The notes: generated by a model from the letters alone, not told the origin. Shown: positions 1 to 10,377, numbered from the stretch's first letter. The stretch: 64,000 nucleotides of DNA from Candidatus Latescibacterota bacterium (GCA_965217865.1 CBDCJO010000002.1:4864001-4928000), one strand, 5' to 3'. Program-made: numbers and translations.

Positions 1-7
1 GGATTTC

Positions 8-1375
8 ATGGATAATCAATACGATGTTATCGTCATCGGGAGCGGACCGGGTGGGGAGGGTGCGGCGATGAAAGCCTCGAAGGAAGGTCGGCGGGTTGCG
101 ATCGTTGAAGGCCGTCCGAGCGTAGGCGGGGATTGCACGCATATTTCCACCATTCCAAGCAAGGCCCTGAGGCACGCGATTCAAAGGCTATCCGATGTGG
201 GGAAATTTCAATATGCCAATTACCAGGAGCTTTTAAAATCCGCCGAATCGGTCATTCACGACCAGGTCCAATTGCGCCGCGGATTTTATGAAAGAAACCT
301 TGTGGATACCGTACACGGACTGGCGGGTTTTATCGACCCGAATACGATCGAAGTTACGGGTGAAGGCGGTGGAAAAGAGCGATACCAGGCGAAAGCAGTT
401 ATCATCGCGACCGGCTCCAGACCCTATCACCCCGAGGATATTGATTTTTCCGATTCACGCATCGTGGACAGCGAAACCGTGTTGAACCTCAATCAAAACC
501 CTCGATCGATTACGATATACGGCGCCGGGGTGATCGGGTGCGAATACGCATCGATTTTTCGGGGGCTTCGTATAAAAGTGAATTTGATCAACAGCCGGGA
601 TCGGTTATTGTCCTTTCTGGATGATGAAATCATCGATGCGTTAAGCTACCACCTGCGGGAGCAAGGTGTCATAATCCGCCACGACGAGGAATACGAAAGC
701 GTCGGTGTGGATGGCAAAGGGGTTCGAGTCCATCTCAAATCTAACAAACAGATCCACAGCGATATTTTGCTATGGGCGCAGGGTAGGACGGGGAATTCGG
801 ATCATATGGGGCTGGAGACCATCGGGGTCGAGACGGACAAGCGTGGTTACATCGTGATCAACCAAAACTACCAGACGGCTCAAGAACATATCTACGCGGT
901 CGGAGATGTCGTAGGATATCCCAACTTGGCCAGCGCGGCGTTTGACCAGGGGCGTTTTGCCGCCACCCACCTGATCTTTGGAGAATGCGAATATCAGCTT
1001 GTCCAGGACATTCCCACCGGCATCTATACGATACCTGAGATCAGTTCGGTGGGCCTCACGGAACAGGAACTAACGGCGAACAAGGTGCCCTATGAGGTCG
1101 GCCATGCTTTCTTCAGGCATCTGGCACGGGCTCAGATAACGGGAAAAAAGACAGGGATGCTGAAACTCCTGTTTCATCGAGACACCCTTGAAATTCTCGG
1201 CATCCATTGCTTCGGATCTGAAGCATCTGAAATCATACACATCGGCCAGGCGATCATGGCACAAAAAGGCGAAGCCAATTCGCTTATGTATTTCATCAAT
1301 ACGACTTTCAATTATCCGACCATGGCCGAGGCCTACCGCGTTGCGGCTCTTAATGGGTTGAATCGGGTCAAATAG
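8..1375 (+). CDS. sthA: Soluble (Si-specific) pyridine nucleotide transhydrogenase
   Basis: GSGPGG FAD motif, [22 protein letters not shown] and C-terminal [20 protein letters not shown] are characteristic of SthA/UdhA. Confidence 0.95.
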   Translation: MDNQYDVIVIGSGPGGEGAAMKASKEGRRVAIVEGRPSVGGDCTHISTIPSKALRHAIQRLSDVGKFQYANYQELLKSAESVIHDQVQLRRGFYERNLVDTVHGLAGFIDPNTIEVTGEGGGKERYQAKAVIIATGSRPYHPEDIDFSDSRIVDSETVLNLNQNPRSITIYGAGVIGCEYASIFRGLRIKVNLINSRDRLLSFLDDEIIDALSYHLREQGVIIRHDEEYESVGVDGKGVRVHLKSNKQIHSDILLWAQGRTGNSDHMGLETIGVETDKRGYIVINQNYQTAQEHIYAVGDVVGYPNLASAAFDQGRFAATHLIFGECEYQLVQDIPTGIYTIPEISSVGLTEQELTANKVPYEVGHAFFRHLARAQITGKKTGMLKLLFHRDTLEILGIHCFGSEASEIIHIGQAIMAQKGEANSLMYFINTTFNYPTMAEAYRVAALNGLNRVK

Positions 1376-1413
1376 GGAATCCGGAATATACAAATTGAAA
1401 ACTTCAAATTGAA

Positions 1414-2249
1414 GCTCTCCGTGGAATATAGTGGACCCCGTCTTCGCCATTGACACCCGGGCCTTCGAGCTAATCCAGACGCCGAGACTAAAGTCAAGGC
1501 CTTCTTTCAGCGCCAACGGCGCGTTGTCCCTCAACCCAGGCGAGCTGCCCTGGGTCCTTGGAAAGCAACAGCGTCGTGCGGCCTGAAGGGCCGCGATAAT
1601 TACCCATCGACATGCCACAATCCCTGTCCCGTATCTTGATTCATCTAGTGTTCATCACAAAAGATCGTATACGCGTCCTCACGTCCACAATAAAGGCCGA
1701 ATTGCATCCTTACCTCGCCGGTACTCTCGCACACATTGATTGTCCGTCGTTGCTGGTGGCCTGCGATGAACAATATGTGTGGGTTAATCCGGATCGCGGA
1801 CCTGGTGGCCCGCTCGGTTCGCACACATTCAAACCCAGCCTGTTGGACTGGGCCAGGAATCACGGGCCGTTGGCCCGCTGATGCGTCGCCTTACAGAACT
1901 TCGGTTGCACAAAAAACCAGGAAGATCTCCATATCGAAAAGCCGAGATTAAAGTCAGGATCTTCTTTCAGCGCCAACGGCGCGTTATCCCTCAACCCAGG
2001 CGAGCCGCCCTGGGTCCCTTGGAAAGCAATATCGCCGTGCGGCCTGAAGGGCCGCGATAATTTCACATCCCCCAACCTGATTCATCTAGCCCTACGATGA
2101 ACAATATGTGTGGGTTAATCCGGATCGACCGTTGGCCCGCTGGATTCGCTCACATTCAATCTCAGCCCGTTGGACTGGGCAAAGGAATCACGGGCCGTTG
2201 GCCCGCTGATGTGTCGCCTCACAGAACCTCACTTTCCACCAAAAACTAG
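1414..2249. mobile_element. IS200/RAYT-derived non-autonomous element with two tandem REP-like units
   Basis: Unit TTTCAGCGCCAACGGCGCGTT..CCCTCAACCCAGG..GCCCTGGG..GCGGCCTGAAGGGCCGCGATAATT occurs near 1505-1600 and 1965-2062; contains a tnpA remnant; same ends recur inverted at about 50715-51018. Confidence 0.75.
1612..1881 (+). pseudogene. tnpA: Internally deleted IS200/IS605-family (Y1/RAYT-like) transposase
   Basis: MPQSLSRILIHLVFITKDR..LHPYLAG is the typical N-terminus, joined directly to the C-terminal DEQYVW; the HUH motif and central region are missing. Confidence 0.75.
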
Positions 2250-2261
2250 GAAAACTTCAAA

Positions 2262-2750
2262 TTGAAAACCGTTCTGGAACGAATTGAGGAGAACCTGGGC
2301 CGGGAGGGGGTGGCATATCGGGTCACTTCGCACAAGGCGGTCTTCACAAGCGCCGAAGCAGCGGAGGCGCGAGGCGCCACACTCTCCTCCGGGGCGAAGG
2401 CCCTCGTGGTGAAGGCGGGCAAATCGTTTGTCCTATTCGTGGTGCCGGGGGACCGAAAACTGGACAGCAAACGGGTTAAGAAGGACCTGGGGGTGAGAGA
2501 CCTGCGGTTTGCAACCCGGGAGGAGGTCCTCGAACTCACGGACCTCGAGACAGGGGCGATTCCTCCCTTCGGGAGTCTGTTCGGGTTGAAGACTATCTGC
2601 GATCGGGCGCTTGGTCAAAACTTAAAGATCAACTTCAATCCCGGATCACACACGGAGTCGCTGGAGATGGCGTTCGAAGACTATGTGCGGAGCGAGAGGC
2701 CAAACCTTGCGGATATCTCGATGTCTTCGGAACGGGTGGCGAGTCCATGA
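2262..2750 (+). CDS. YbaK/ProX-family aminoacyl-tRNA deacylase
   Basis: H..VFTSAEAA, AKALVVK, GAIPPFG, FNPGSHT motifs; TTG start; ATGA overlap with next gene. Confidence 0.88.
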   Translation: MKTVLERIEENLGREGVAYRVTSHKAVFTSAEAAEARGATLSSGAKALVVKAGKSFVLFVVPGDRKLDSKRVKKDLGVRDLRFATREEVLELTDLETGAIPPFGSLFGLKTICDRALGQNLKINFNPGSHTESLEMAFEDYVRSERPNLADISMSSERVASP

Positions 2751-3463
2751 AGGCTTCCCTGATGGTGACCTGTCTGGGGGACTTTTTCTTCCCGGAGTGC
2801 GGTGTGGCTACCGTGAATCTGCTACGACGTCTCGGCGTGGAGGTGGATTTTCCCGGGTCCCAATCCTGCTGCGGGCAACCGCTTTTTAACAGCGGATATC
2901 ATCGGGATGCGCGTGCGGTTGCCCGGCACACCATGAAGGTTTTCGACTCGGATCGGCCCATCGTGGTTCCGTCGGGGTCCTGCGCCGCGATGGTGCGCAT
3001 CGGCTATCCGGATCTGTTTCGAGACGACCCGAAGATGGAAGAGCGGGCCAAGGAGATGGGCGGGCGGACATTCGAGCTTGCCGAATTCCTGGTGAAGGTC
3101 CTGGGGGTGGAGGACGTCGGAGCCCGATTTGAAGGCCGGGCGACTTACCACTATGCGTGCCACCTCCGCGGTCTGGATGCAAAGGACGAAGCGGTCCGGC
3201 TGATTCAAAAAGTGTCGGGATCGGAGTACATACCACTCGAGAGGTGGGACCAGTGCTGCGGGTTCGGAGGTTCTTTCTCCGTTCGCTATCCGGAGGTATC
3301 GGGGGCGATCGTGGGGGACAAGGTCGATTGTATCCTTCGGACGGGCGCGGATGCGGTGGTGTCCACGGATTCGGGATGTCTGATGAATATCTCCGGTGCC
3401 TTGAGAAGACAAGACCGAGAGATCCCGGCGATGCACCTTGCGGAACTCCTCGAATCCAGGTGA
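2747..3463 (+). CDS. lutA: Lactate utilization protein A (CCG-domain Fe-S subunit)
   Basis: VTCLGD, QSCCGQP, SGSCAAM, YHYACH, QCCGFGG, DSGCLMNI. Confidence 0.9.
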   Translation: MKASLMVTCLGDFFFPECGVATVNLLRRLGVEVDFPGSQSCCGQPLFNSGYHRDARAVARHTMKVFDSDRPIVVPSGSCAAMVRIGYPDLFRDDPKMEERAKEMGGRTFELAEFLVKVLGVEDVGARFEGRATYHYACHLRGLDAKDEAVRLIQKVSGSEYIPLERWDQCCGFGGSFSVRYPEVSGAIVGDKVDCILRTGADAVVSTDSGCLMNISGALRRQDREIPAMHLAELLESR

Positions 3464-3470
3464 TGTTGAG

Positions 3471-4889
3471 ATGTCCGGGGAATATGCAAAAATAATCCAT
3501 TCGGATTTCGTGGGGGCGAGCCAAGAGGCCGTTGGTGACGAGCATCTTCAGATCGCGCTCCAACGGTTGACCATTCGTTTGACCGAAGGGCTTCAGGCGT
3601 CGTTTGAAGGTCTGGACCGGGAGGCCATGCGTGAGCGGGCAAGGGGGATCAAGGCGAAGACTTTTTCCAACCTGGATGGCTATTTGTCGGAACTGGAGGA
3701 TTCCGTCGTTCGGGTGGGGGGACGTGTGCACTGGGCGTCAGACGGCGCGGAGGCAAGGAAGATCATTCTTCGGGTTTCCCGTGAGCACGGTGTTCAGAGG
3801 ATCGTCAAGTCGAAGTCGATGACCACTGAGGAGATCCACCTGAACGGGGCACTGGAGGAAGCGGGATTTGAGGTGTCCGAGACCGATTTTGGAGAATTCC
3901 TCCTCCAGTTGGCGGATGAGAGACCTTCCCACCTGGTTGCGCCGGTTTTGCACAAGACACGGGAGGGAATCCGGGCCCTCCTCGCCGAAAAATTAAAGCG
4001 GGACATTCCGGACGATCCCTCAGCGATGGCAGCGATCGCGCGGGAGGTGATCAGAGAACGGTTTCGGAACGCGGATATGGGAATCACAGGGGTAAACTTC
4101 GCGATTGCCGAAACGGGAACGATCGTTCTCGTCAGCAACGAAGGAAATGCCCGGTTGACGACCACGGCACCCAGGGTACACCTGGCCCTGATGGGTATCG
4201 AGAAGGTCATCCCCAAATTCGAGGATCTGGGAATTTTTCTCAAACTTCTTGCCCGAAGCGCTACGGGTCAGGCGATGTCGGTCTACACGACCCTGATCAC
4301 GGGTCCGCAGGGGGGGGGTCAGGTTAACGGGCCCGAAGCGTTCCACCTGGTGGTCCTGGATAATGGACGTTCGAAAATCCTGGGGGGCCCCTTTCAGGAG
4401 AGCCTTTTTTGTATACGTTGCCGAGCGTGCCTGAACACGTGTCCGGTATATCGAAAGGTGGGCGGACATGCCTATGGGGGGGTCTATTCGGGCCCCATTG
4501 GCTCGGTTCTTACTCCGCTCTACGACGGTCTCCCGGAGTATCACCACCTTCCCCATGCCTCCTCTCTGTGCGGGGCGTGTCAGCAGGTCTGTCCTCTCAG
4601 GATCGATATCCCTCACATGCTGATCGCCCTTAGAAACCGGCTCGAAGAGGAGGGCGCATCCCCCCTGCTGGAACGGCTGGCATATCGTACGTGGCGGACC
4701 GGGCTCTGTTCCCCAGCCATCTATCGTTTTGGCACGTGGGCCGCCCGAAAGCTGCTAAGGCTGAAAGGGGATGAAGAAGGATGGATCCACGGACTTCCCT
4801 GGATCGGAGAGGCCTGGACGCGGGTTCGAGATTTTCCGATCCCTCCCGAACGCTCATTCCGGGCGCAATGGAATGCGATGAGGGATTAA
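3471..4889 (+). CDS. lutB: Lactate utilization protein B (LUD + 4Fe-4S)
   Basis: VKSKSMTTEE, ETDFGE, NEGN, CIRCRACLNTCP, SSLCGACQQVCP; start placed at ATG 3471. Confidence 0.92.
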   Translation: MSGEYAKIIHSDFVGASQEAVGDEHLQIALQRLTIRLTEGLQASFEGLDREAMRERARGIKAKTFSNLDGYLSELEDSVVRVGGRVHWASDGAEARKIILRVSREHGVQRIVKSKSMTTEEIHLNGALEEAGFEVSETDFGEFLLQLADERPSHLVAPVLHKTREGIRALLAEKLKRDIPDDPSAMAAIAREVIRERFRNADMGITGVNFAIAETGTIVLVSNEGNARLTTTAPRVHLALMGIEKVIPKFEDLGIFLKLLARSATGQAMSVYTTLITGPQGGGQVNGPEAFHLVVLDNGRSKILGGPFQESLFCIRCRACLNTCPVYRKVGGHAYGGVYSGPIGSVLTPLYDGLPEYHHLPHASSLCGACQQVCPLRIDIPHMLIALRNRLEEEGASPLLERLAYRTWRTGLCSPAIYRFGTWAARKLLRLKGDEEGWIHGLPWIGEAWTRVRDFPIPPERSFRAQWNAMRD

Positions 4890-5014
4890 TTTGGATCGGA
4901 TTCAAATTGCGGAATCGATAGTGGATTGAGAATTTAAAATCCTGGACTGCATCGTGCGCTTCACGCTTCACGTCTTGACTTTGTTACCGGGCATTCTATG
5001 AGGAAAGTTCACAC

Positions 5015-5707
5015 GTGAACCCCCGGAAAGCAATCCTCGAACGGGTCCGGCGGGCGGTTGTCTCCGGACAGGCCCACAGGCCTGGAATACGATTTAAGGT
5101 CGGTCAGGACGTGGGTTATGCCGGGGCCGGGGCGGACCTCCTCGGACGGCTTGCTGCCGAACTTAAGGCCGTCGGGGCTCATCCCGTCAGGGTGAACGGA
5201 ATGGAGTCGGGGATCGAAACGATCCGTGAGATCAGCCGGGGTGCACGGCTGGCGATTCGCTGGTCCTGTCCGCTCCTGGATCGATCGGGCCTTGACTCCG
5301 CCCTTGCGGAGAATGGGACGGAGGTGGTCCCATGGTCCGATGTGGAACGGCTACAGACCACCGATCCCGTAAAGGCCCGGGATTTGATCTTCGGGGCCGA
5401 CCTGGGCATCTCCTGCGTCGACGGGGCGGCCGCCGAGACCGGAACGATTGCCCTGGGGTCTTCCCCTGGACAGGGGCCACCCGTCAGCCTTCTGCCTCCC
5501 ACGCATATCGCCCTGGTTGAAGCCTATCAAGTTGTGCCCGATCTTTTTGATCTGCTGAAGATCTTCGAGTCGTCGTCGGGCAATCTTCCGGGCAACCTGG
5601 TTCTGGTTACCGGACCGAGCAAAACCGGGGACATCGAGTTGCGGTTGACCACGGGTGTTCACGGACCGGGAGACCTCCACGTGATCATTCTGGAGGATGG
5701 TGTTTAA
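5015..5707 (+). CDS. lutC: Lactate utilization protein C (LUD domain)
   Basis: AETGT, SLLPPTHIA, TGPSKTGDIE..GVHGP. Confidence 0.9.
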   Translation: MNPRKAILERVRRAVVSGQAHRPGIRFKVGQDVGYAGAGADLLGRLAAELKAVGAHPVRVNGMESGIETIREISRGARLAIRWSCPLLDRSGLDSALAENGTEVVPWSDVERLQTTDPVKARDLIFGADLGISCVDGAAAETGTIALGSSPGQGPPVSLLPPTHIALVEAYQVVPDLFDLLKIFESSSGNLPGNLVLVTGPSKTGDIELRLTTGVHGPGDLHVIILEDGV

Positions 5708-5719
5708 GGGGAGAGGATC

Positions 5720-6920
5720 ATGGATTCGATTTACCGACACGTTCTCACGGATACCGAGCGGAACCTGTGGTATGGGTCGTGGGCGCTGGATGAGCTTGCG
5801 CTTCCGTTACGGACAGGATCGGCATGGCACGTCCAGAAAACGACGCTGAAGGGGGGTTGCAGGACGGGGTGGACCTGATCCGGGTCGATAACGGGGCGCT
5901 CTCTTTCTATATCGTTCCCACCAGGGGGATGGGGATCTGGAAGGGGGTCTACAAGGGAATTCCGCTGGGATGGGACTCCCCGGTCCGCGACCCCGTGCAT
6001 CCGGGATTCTTGGATCTGAACGATCGGGGAGGGTTGGGCTGGTTAAAAGGGTTCAACGAGTGGATCGTGCGATGCGGGCTGGAGAGCAACGGTGGCCCCT
6101 GCAAGGACATGATCGTCGATAACAACGGGAATCGGTCAGAGGTCGCACTTACCCTGCACGGAAAGGTCGCGAATATCCCAGCCCGCTTCGTTGAGGTCCG
6201 CGTGGAGCTATCTCCGCCCCACCGTATCACCGTTCTGGGTATCTAGAGGAGACCATGATGTTCGGACCCTCACTCCGTTTGACCTCTACGATCACGACTT
6301 CACTCGGATCGAATATGCTGACGATTCAAGATGAAGTCACTAATTTGAACCGGACCCCTGCGGAGCTTGAATTACTCTATCACTGCAATTACGGACCACC
6401 AATCCTAGAAAAGGGGAGCTCTCTGGTCGTGCCTTTCAAGGCGGTCTATCCCAGGGATGCGGTCGCCCGGGAGGAAATCAATGCCCACAACCGATTCTCC
6501 GGGCCGATTCGGGGGTTTGTTGAGCAGTGCTATTCTTACCAACTGGCGGGAAAAAGGGGAAGCGGGGAGACTTGTGTGCTGCTCAAGAATCGGGAGGGCA
6601 ACCTGGGTTCGTCCCTCCAATTCTCGCTGAAGCAGATGCCCTGCTTCACGCTGTGGAAGAACACGGCGCCGATAGAAGATGGCTATGTGACCGGACTGGA
6701 GCCCGCCACGAACTATCCCAACCCAAAATGGTTCGAGAGGCAGCAGGGACGGGTGGTGTCGCTTGAGGGTGGTGAGACCCGGCGGATGGATCTGACCCTG
6801 GCCGTGCACGACAGGAAGCAGCGCGTTAAGGAGGTGGAGGGGGAGATCCGAAAGATCCAGAAAAGGGTTCGGCCGAAGGTGTTCACGGAAATTTCAAAAA
6901 GGCTCTCGGCGGTGGGGTGA
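5720..6920 (+). pseudogene. Aldose 1-epimerase-like DUF4432 protein, two -1 frameshifts (possibly sequencing errors)
   Basis: ATG 5720 MDSIYRH..TTLKGG continues as LQDGVDLI..PTRGMGIW after a G6 run at 5851-5856; second shift near 6243 restores IVEETMMFGP; LHGK, LYHCNYG and GLEPATN motifs. Confidence 0.8.
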
Positions 6921-6946
6921 GGGAGAATCTGTGAAAGAAGGATAGG

Positions 6947-7672
6947 TCAGATCAACCGTTCCCGGATAAATCGATCAACTTCCCCCCAGGCGTGTTCACA
7001 GGCATCTCGTCGGAAGCTTTGCGGTCGAGTGTGGTCGCAAAAAGAATGGGGCGCATCCGGAATGATGTGAAAATCGGTTTCAACACCCGCCGCGGCACAC
7101 CTCTCCTGCAAGGCCCGGACGTCCTCTGGTGAGATCATCTCGTCCGCCCCACCGAAAAGCCCAAGGATCGGACCCTTTGCCCGATCCATCTCCTCCAGTT
7201 CCTCATCTTTGAGCATTCCGTGCCAAACCACTGTCGCTGAAAGCCCCGGGATACGGTCCGCTCCCCGAAGGGCCATAGCCCCGCCCCAGCAATAGCCCCA
7301 AGTGATCAGCCTTTCCTTGTCCACTTCTTTCCGGCTTCTTAGCCAATCCAGCCCCGCCAGGATATCGGCCATACACCTATCGATCGTGATCGATTTTACG
7401 TATGGCTGTGATGATTTTCCCGCTTCCGGATCGATCGAAGGATCAAATGGTCCTGTTCCCCTCAAAAGGTGAGGATAAACGGCAGCTATCCCTTTTGATG
7501 CAAGCCGCCGGGCTTGCTGACGAGCCAGATCGCGCAATCCAAAAATGTCGTGGATCATCACTGCCCCGGGGACCGGTCCAGAACGATCAGGCAAAGCGAA
7601 GAATGCCTGCAATGTCTCATCACCGCTCGTTACGGTCACCTCCGATTCCTGAATTCGAAATTGCTCGGCCAT
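6947..7672 (-). CDS. Dienelactone hydrolase family protein
   Basis: HDIFGL, GYCWGG nucleophile, G.AD, APHSF. Confidence 0.9.
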   Translation of the reverse strand: MAEQFRIQESEVTVTSGDETLQAFFALPDRSGPVPGAVMIHDIFGLRDLARQQARRLASKGIAAVYPHLLRGTGPFDPSIDPEAGKSSQPYVKSITIDRCMADILAGLDWLRSRKEVDKERLITWGYCWGGAMALRGADRIPGLSATVVWHGMLKDEELEEMDRAKGPILGLFGGADEMISPEDVRALQERCAAAGVETDFHIIPDAPHSFCDHTRPQSFRRDACEHAWGEVDRFIRERLI

Positions 7673-7832
7673 TTTGGTTCCCCTCAAGTTTAAGGCTAAA
7701 TTCGGTTTGGTTCAATTCGTGAGAAAATTACACATTATTTCTGTAGGGGGCAATCGAAAGGTGTTTGGTTGAGTCGGGGGTTCCGAGTTATAACACCTGT
7801 TGATCCGGCGTATCATATTATAGGAGGTGAGA

Positions 7833-8603
7833 ATGAAGATCGGACTCTGTACGATCTCGTTCCGAGATCGCCAACTCGATACGGTCCTGGATCTGGCCGC
7901 CCGAAACGGTTTCGATGGGGTAGAGATCTGGGGAAAGCCCGAACATACCCCAGAGATTTACGACAGCAGCCATAATCAAAGGGTCGCAGAAGCCGCCCGA
8001 AACAGGGGATTGGCAATCTCCCAGTTCGGATCCTATGCAAACCCGACCTCGGTTCGTTTTCAAGCTGAGATGTCGGATGCCTTGGGGATTGCGCGTGACC
8101 TGGGAACGGATAAGATACGTGTGTGGGCGGGAGATACCGGCTCTGCGGAGGCCGACAGCCAGCAGTGGGAGACCGCGATCTCCGGTTTTCGGATCTTTTC
8201 GGATCGAGCTTCCGATTCGGGTTTCACCCTGGTCCTCGAGATGCACTCAAATCGGTTGACGGATACGGCCGAGGGGTGTCTTCGCCTTTTGGGAGAGGTT
8301 GACCGGTCCAATCTCCGTCTGAATTTCCAGCCTATGTCCGATCACAACAACAGCCGTGTGATGGAGGAGGTGGGGAAGGTGGCGCCATACGTCACCACGG
8401 TCCACGCGCAGAACGTTGTTCAGGTCGGCGAAACCCGCCGGGGCCTCATCTCAGAGGGCGTGGTGGACTATCCCGGGGTCATCGAAGCGCTCCGTAAGGC
8501 CGGGTTCGATGGTTACGTTGAAGTTGAGTTTGTGCGTGAAGACGATCCGGAAGAGGCCCTCAAAGCGGATGCGAAATTCCTGAAGTCCCTGGTGAGCAAA
8601 TGA
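7833..8603 (+). CDS. Sugar phosphate isomerase/epimerase (xylose isomerase-like TIM barrel)
   Basis: GFDGVEIW, IRVWAG, LEMH, GFDGYVEVE; AGGAGG RBS. Confidence 0.88.
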   Translation: MKIGLCTISFRDRQLDTVLDLAARNGFDGVEIWGKPEHTPEIYDSSHNQRVAEAARNRGLAISQFGSYANPTSVRFQAEMSDALGIARDLGTDKIRVWAGDTGSAEADSQQWETAISGFRIFSDRASDSGFTLVLEMHSNRLTDTAEGCLRLLGEVDRSNLRLNFQPMSDHNNSRVMEEVGKVAPYVTTVHAQNVVQVGETRRGLISEGVVDYPGVIEALRKAGFDGYVEVEFVREDDPEEALKADAKFLKSLVSK

Positions 8604-9022
8604 AAAGCGTTATGTGTTTAAGGCGACATGCGTGTACGGGTGGGGAAAGAGGGGAGTTTCGTTCTCGACCCTGGAACCGGCCTGATCGGCATGGAACCCG
8701 GATCGGAGTTCGGGCTCAACCCGAATCTCCTTTTCGCGACGGCTCGGTTTTATTTTTAAGAACGTGAGGCGTGAGGGGTGAATCCCCTCCGGTGATGTTT
8801 ATCCGGGATCGTGACGTCTCGATGCAGGGGCGGTTCACACCCCGTCCTTGAAGCCTTAGGAAAGTTTCCGGTTTCCAGAGACGGGCAAGGCGGGTTGATG
8901 ATTCGAAAACGCTTTCGACGAATAACCGGGATTGAATGTTTTAAGCCGCATCCATTCAGATGCGGCTCGTTTCGTTGCCCCGAAACCAAATCGTCCGTGC
9001 GATCTCCTGCCTCTTCCCTAAA

Positions 9023-9409
9023 TCAGCCTTCTCTTGTAACATCAATAATGTAGGATAGACCGAACTTGCGATCCTCGGATCTCGTCTGTGTTACGATTCG
9101 ATTTTGTCCAACGGAGAGCGCAATGCGTGGAGATGCCATCCCCGACGTAACGATCGATCCATCGGAAGGCAGCCCCTCCCCGAAGATCAAAATCATCGGA
9201 TTGCCGCTTCTGGCCGTGGGTGTGACGGTTAAACTATCGACGCTATTTGCAAGGGTGAGAAAATACAAACCCTGGAAGCTTGGAGAAAAGGAGGGGTTTA
9301 AGGCCCCTGCCGATGTCGTCAATTCCGAGAGCAGTGAGTCAGAAGCAGGCGAACTGGGGTTGAATAGGCTATTGTCGCTGAGGCAGCCAAAGGCCAACGG
9401 ACACATCAA
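9023..9409 (-). CDS. Small putative lipoprotein with a cadherin-like beta-sandwich domain
   Basis: LAFGC lipobox-like; LSELTTSAGALNPSF..LTVTPTA..LSVGQNRI..SED..YIIDVTR pattern; start uncertain. Confidence 0.6.
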   Translation of the reverse strand: MMCPLAFGCLSDNSLFNPSSPASDSLLSELTTSAGALNPSFSPSFQGLYFLTLANSVDSLTVTPTARSGNPMILIFGEGLPSDGSIVTSGMASPRIALSVGQNRIVTQTRSEDRKFGLSYIIDVTREG

Positions 9410-9448
9410 CAGAATTAAGAATAAGATTGATTTATTGATGGACTATCC

Positions 9449-9835
9449 TCAAGAAGAATCTTCCAGAGCTTCCTTCACGGCGTATAACAATTCAATCCGG
9501 TCCAGCGGTTTTTTCAGAACACGAAGCGCACCGAACGAAGCGGCAAGGGTCATCGCGTTTTTCTGATATTTTCCTTTGAGCTCCGTGCCCTCACCGGAAA
9601 CGGCGATGACCCGGGCACCGGTATAGTCATGGTTCAGGTCCCAGATTAATTCGAGCCCGTCGTTCTCCATCATCATGATGCTCGCGAGAACCAGGTCGAC
9701 GGGTTCCCTTCGATAGATTTTTAATCCAGATTTTCCGTCGGGGGCCTCCAGGACTTCGTAGCCGCCGATTTCGAGCATTTCGCGTGTGGATAATCGGGAA
9801 GGTCCATCATCATCGACCACAAGGATGCGCGCCAT
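9449..9835 (-). CDS. Single-domain response regulator (receiver lacking the phospho-acceptor Asp)
   Basis: ARILVVDDD, DLVLASIMM, IAVSG, LKKP. Confidence 0.85.
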   Translation of the reverse strand: MARILVVDDDGPSRLSTREMLEIGGYEVLEAPDGKSGLKIYRREPVDLVLASIMMMENDGLELIWDLNHDYTGARVIAVSGEGTELKGKYQKNAMTLAASFGALRVLKKPLDRIELLYAVKEALEDSS

Positions 9836-9845
9836 CACCCCCCCA

Positions 9846-10226
9846 TCAATGGAATGAGAAGGTCAGGACTTTCATAGCCGCCCGTTTATCCATTCGGCTG
9901 TAGGTGAACCGGGGGATGCCGATCCCCATTCCTTTTTGGCTGATCCTGAAAAGACCCTGTGAATCAGCTCTCAAGGTCATACTCGCCCAGGTAACGGCAC
10001 CAACAAATGCACCGGAACCCAGGCTCACCCCGACAACTGTCCCGTTGCTCACAGGCTTTTGGCCTCGAGAGTCTTTTTCGTTAAACATAACCAAAGCCCC
10101 CAATGTTACTGTAGCCGTCGCCACACCTGCGATAAGTGAAAATTTCCCCCTTTTTTTGGCTTCAGATCTGGAAGGAAAAGAGATGATGAGCAATGCCGGG
10201 ATCAAGATGCTGACCAATAGTTTCAT
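9846..10226 (-). CDS. Hypothetical exported/membrane protein
   Basis: GGAGG RBS, signal peptide ending SEA, two hydrophobic Gly-rich segments. Confidence 0.6.
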   Translation of the reverse strand: MKLLVSILIPALLIISFPSRSEAKKRGKFSLIAGVATATVTLGALVMFNEKDSRGQKPVSNGTVVGVSLGSGAFVGAVTWASMTLRADSQGLFRISQKGMGIGIPRFTYSRMDKRAAMKVLTFSFH

Positions 10227-10377
10227 ATCGAACCTCCTCCCTCGAAAACCCCGGAGATAGCCTCTCCTTTAATAGACGACTTTGTGTTATGGATTATCGG
10301 CCTGTAGAGGATCGGCTGGATTGTGGAATTAAACCCTTTTTAGAGAGGCCATTTGCTATAAAAAACCGCAGGGGGCC

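Noticed and set aside
1485-2230. Tandem repeats as a CRISPR array
   Set aside because: Only two long degenerate units with transposase remnants; no regular repeat-spacer period and no cas genes.
6244-6246. TAG inside the DUF4432 gene as pyrrolysine or stop read-through
   Set aside because: The downstream ORF (6255) is in a different frame; a single missing base explains it.
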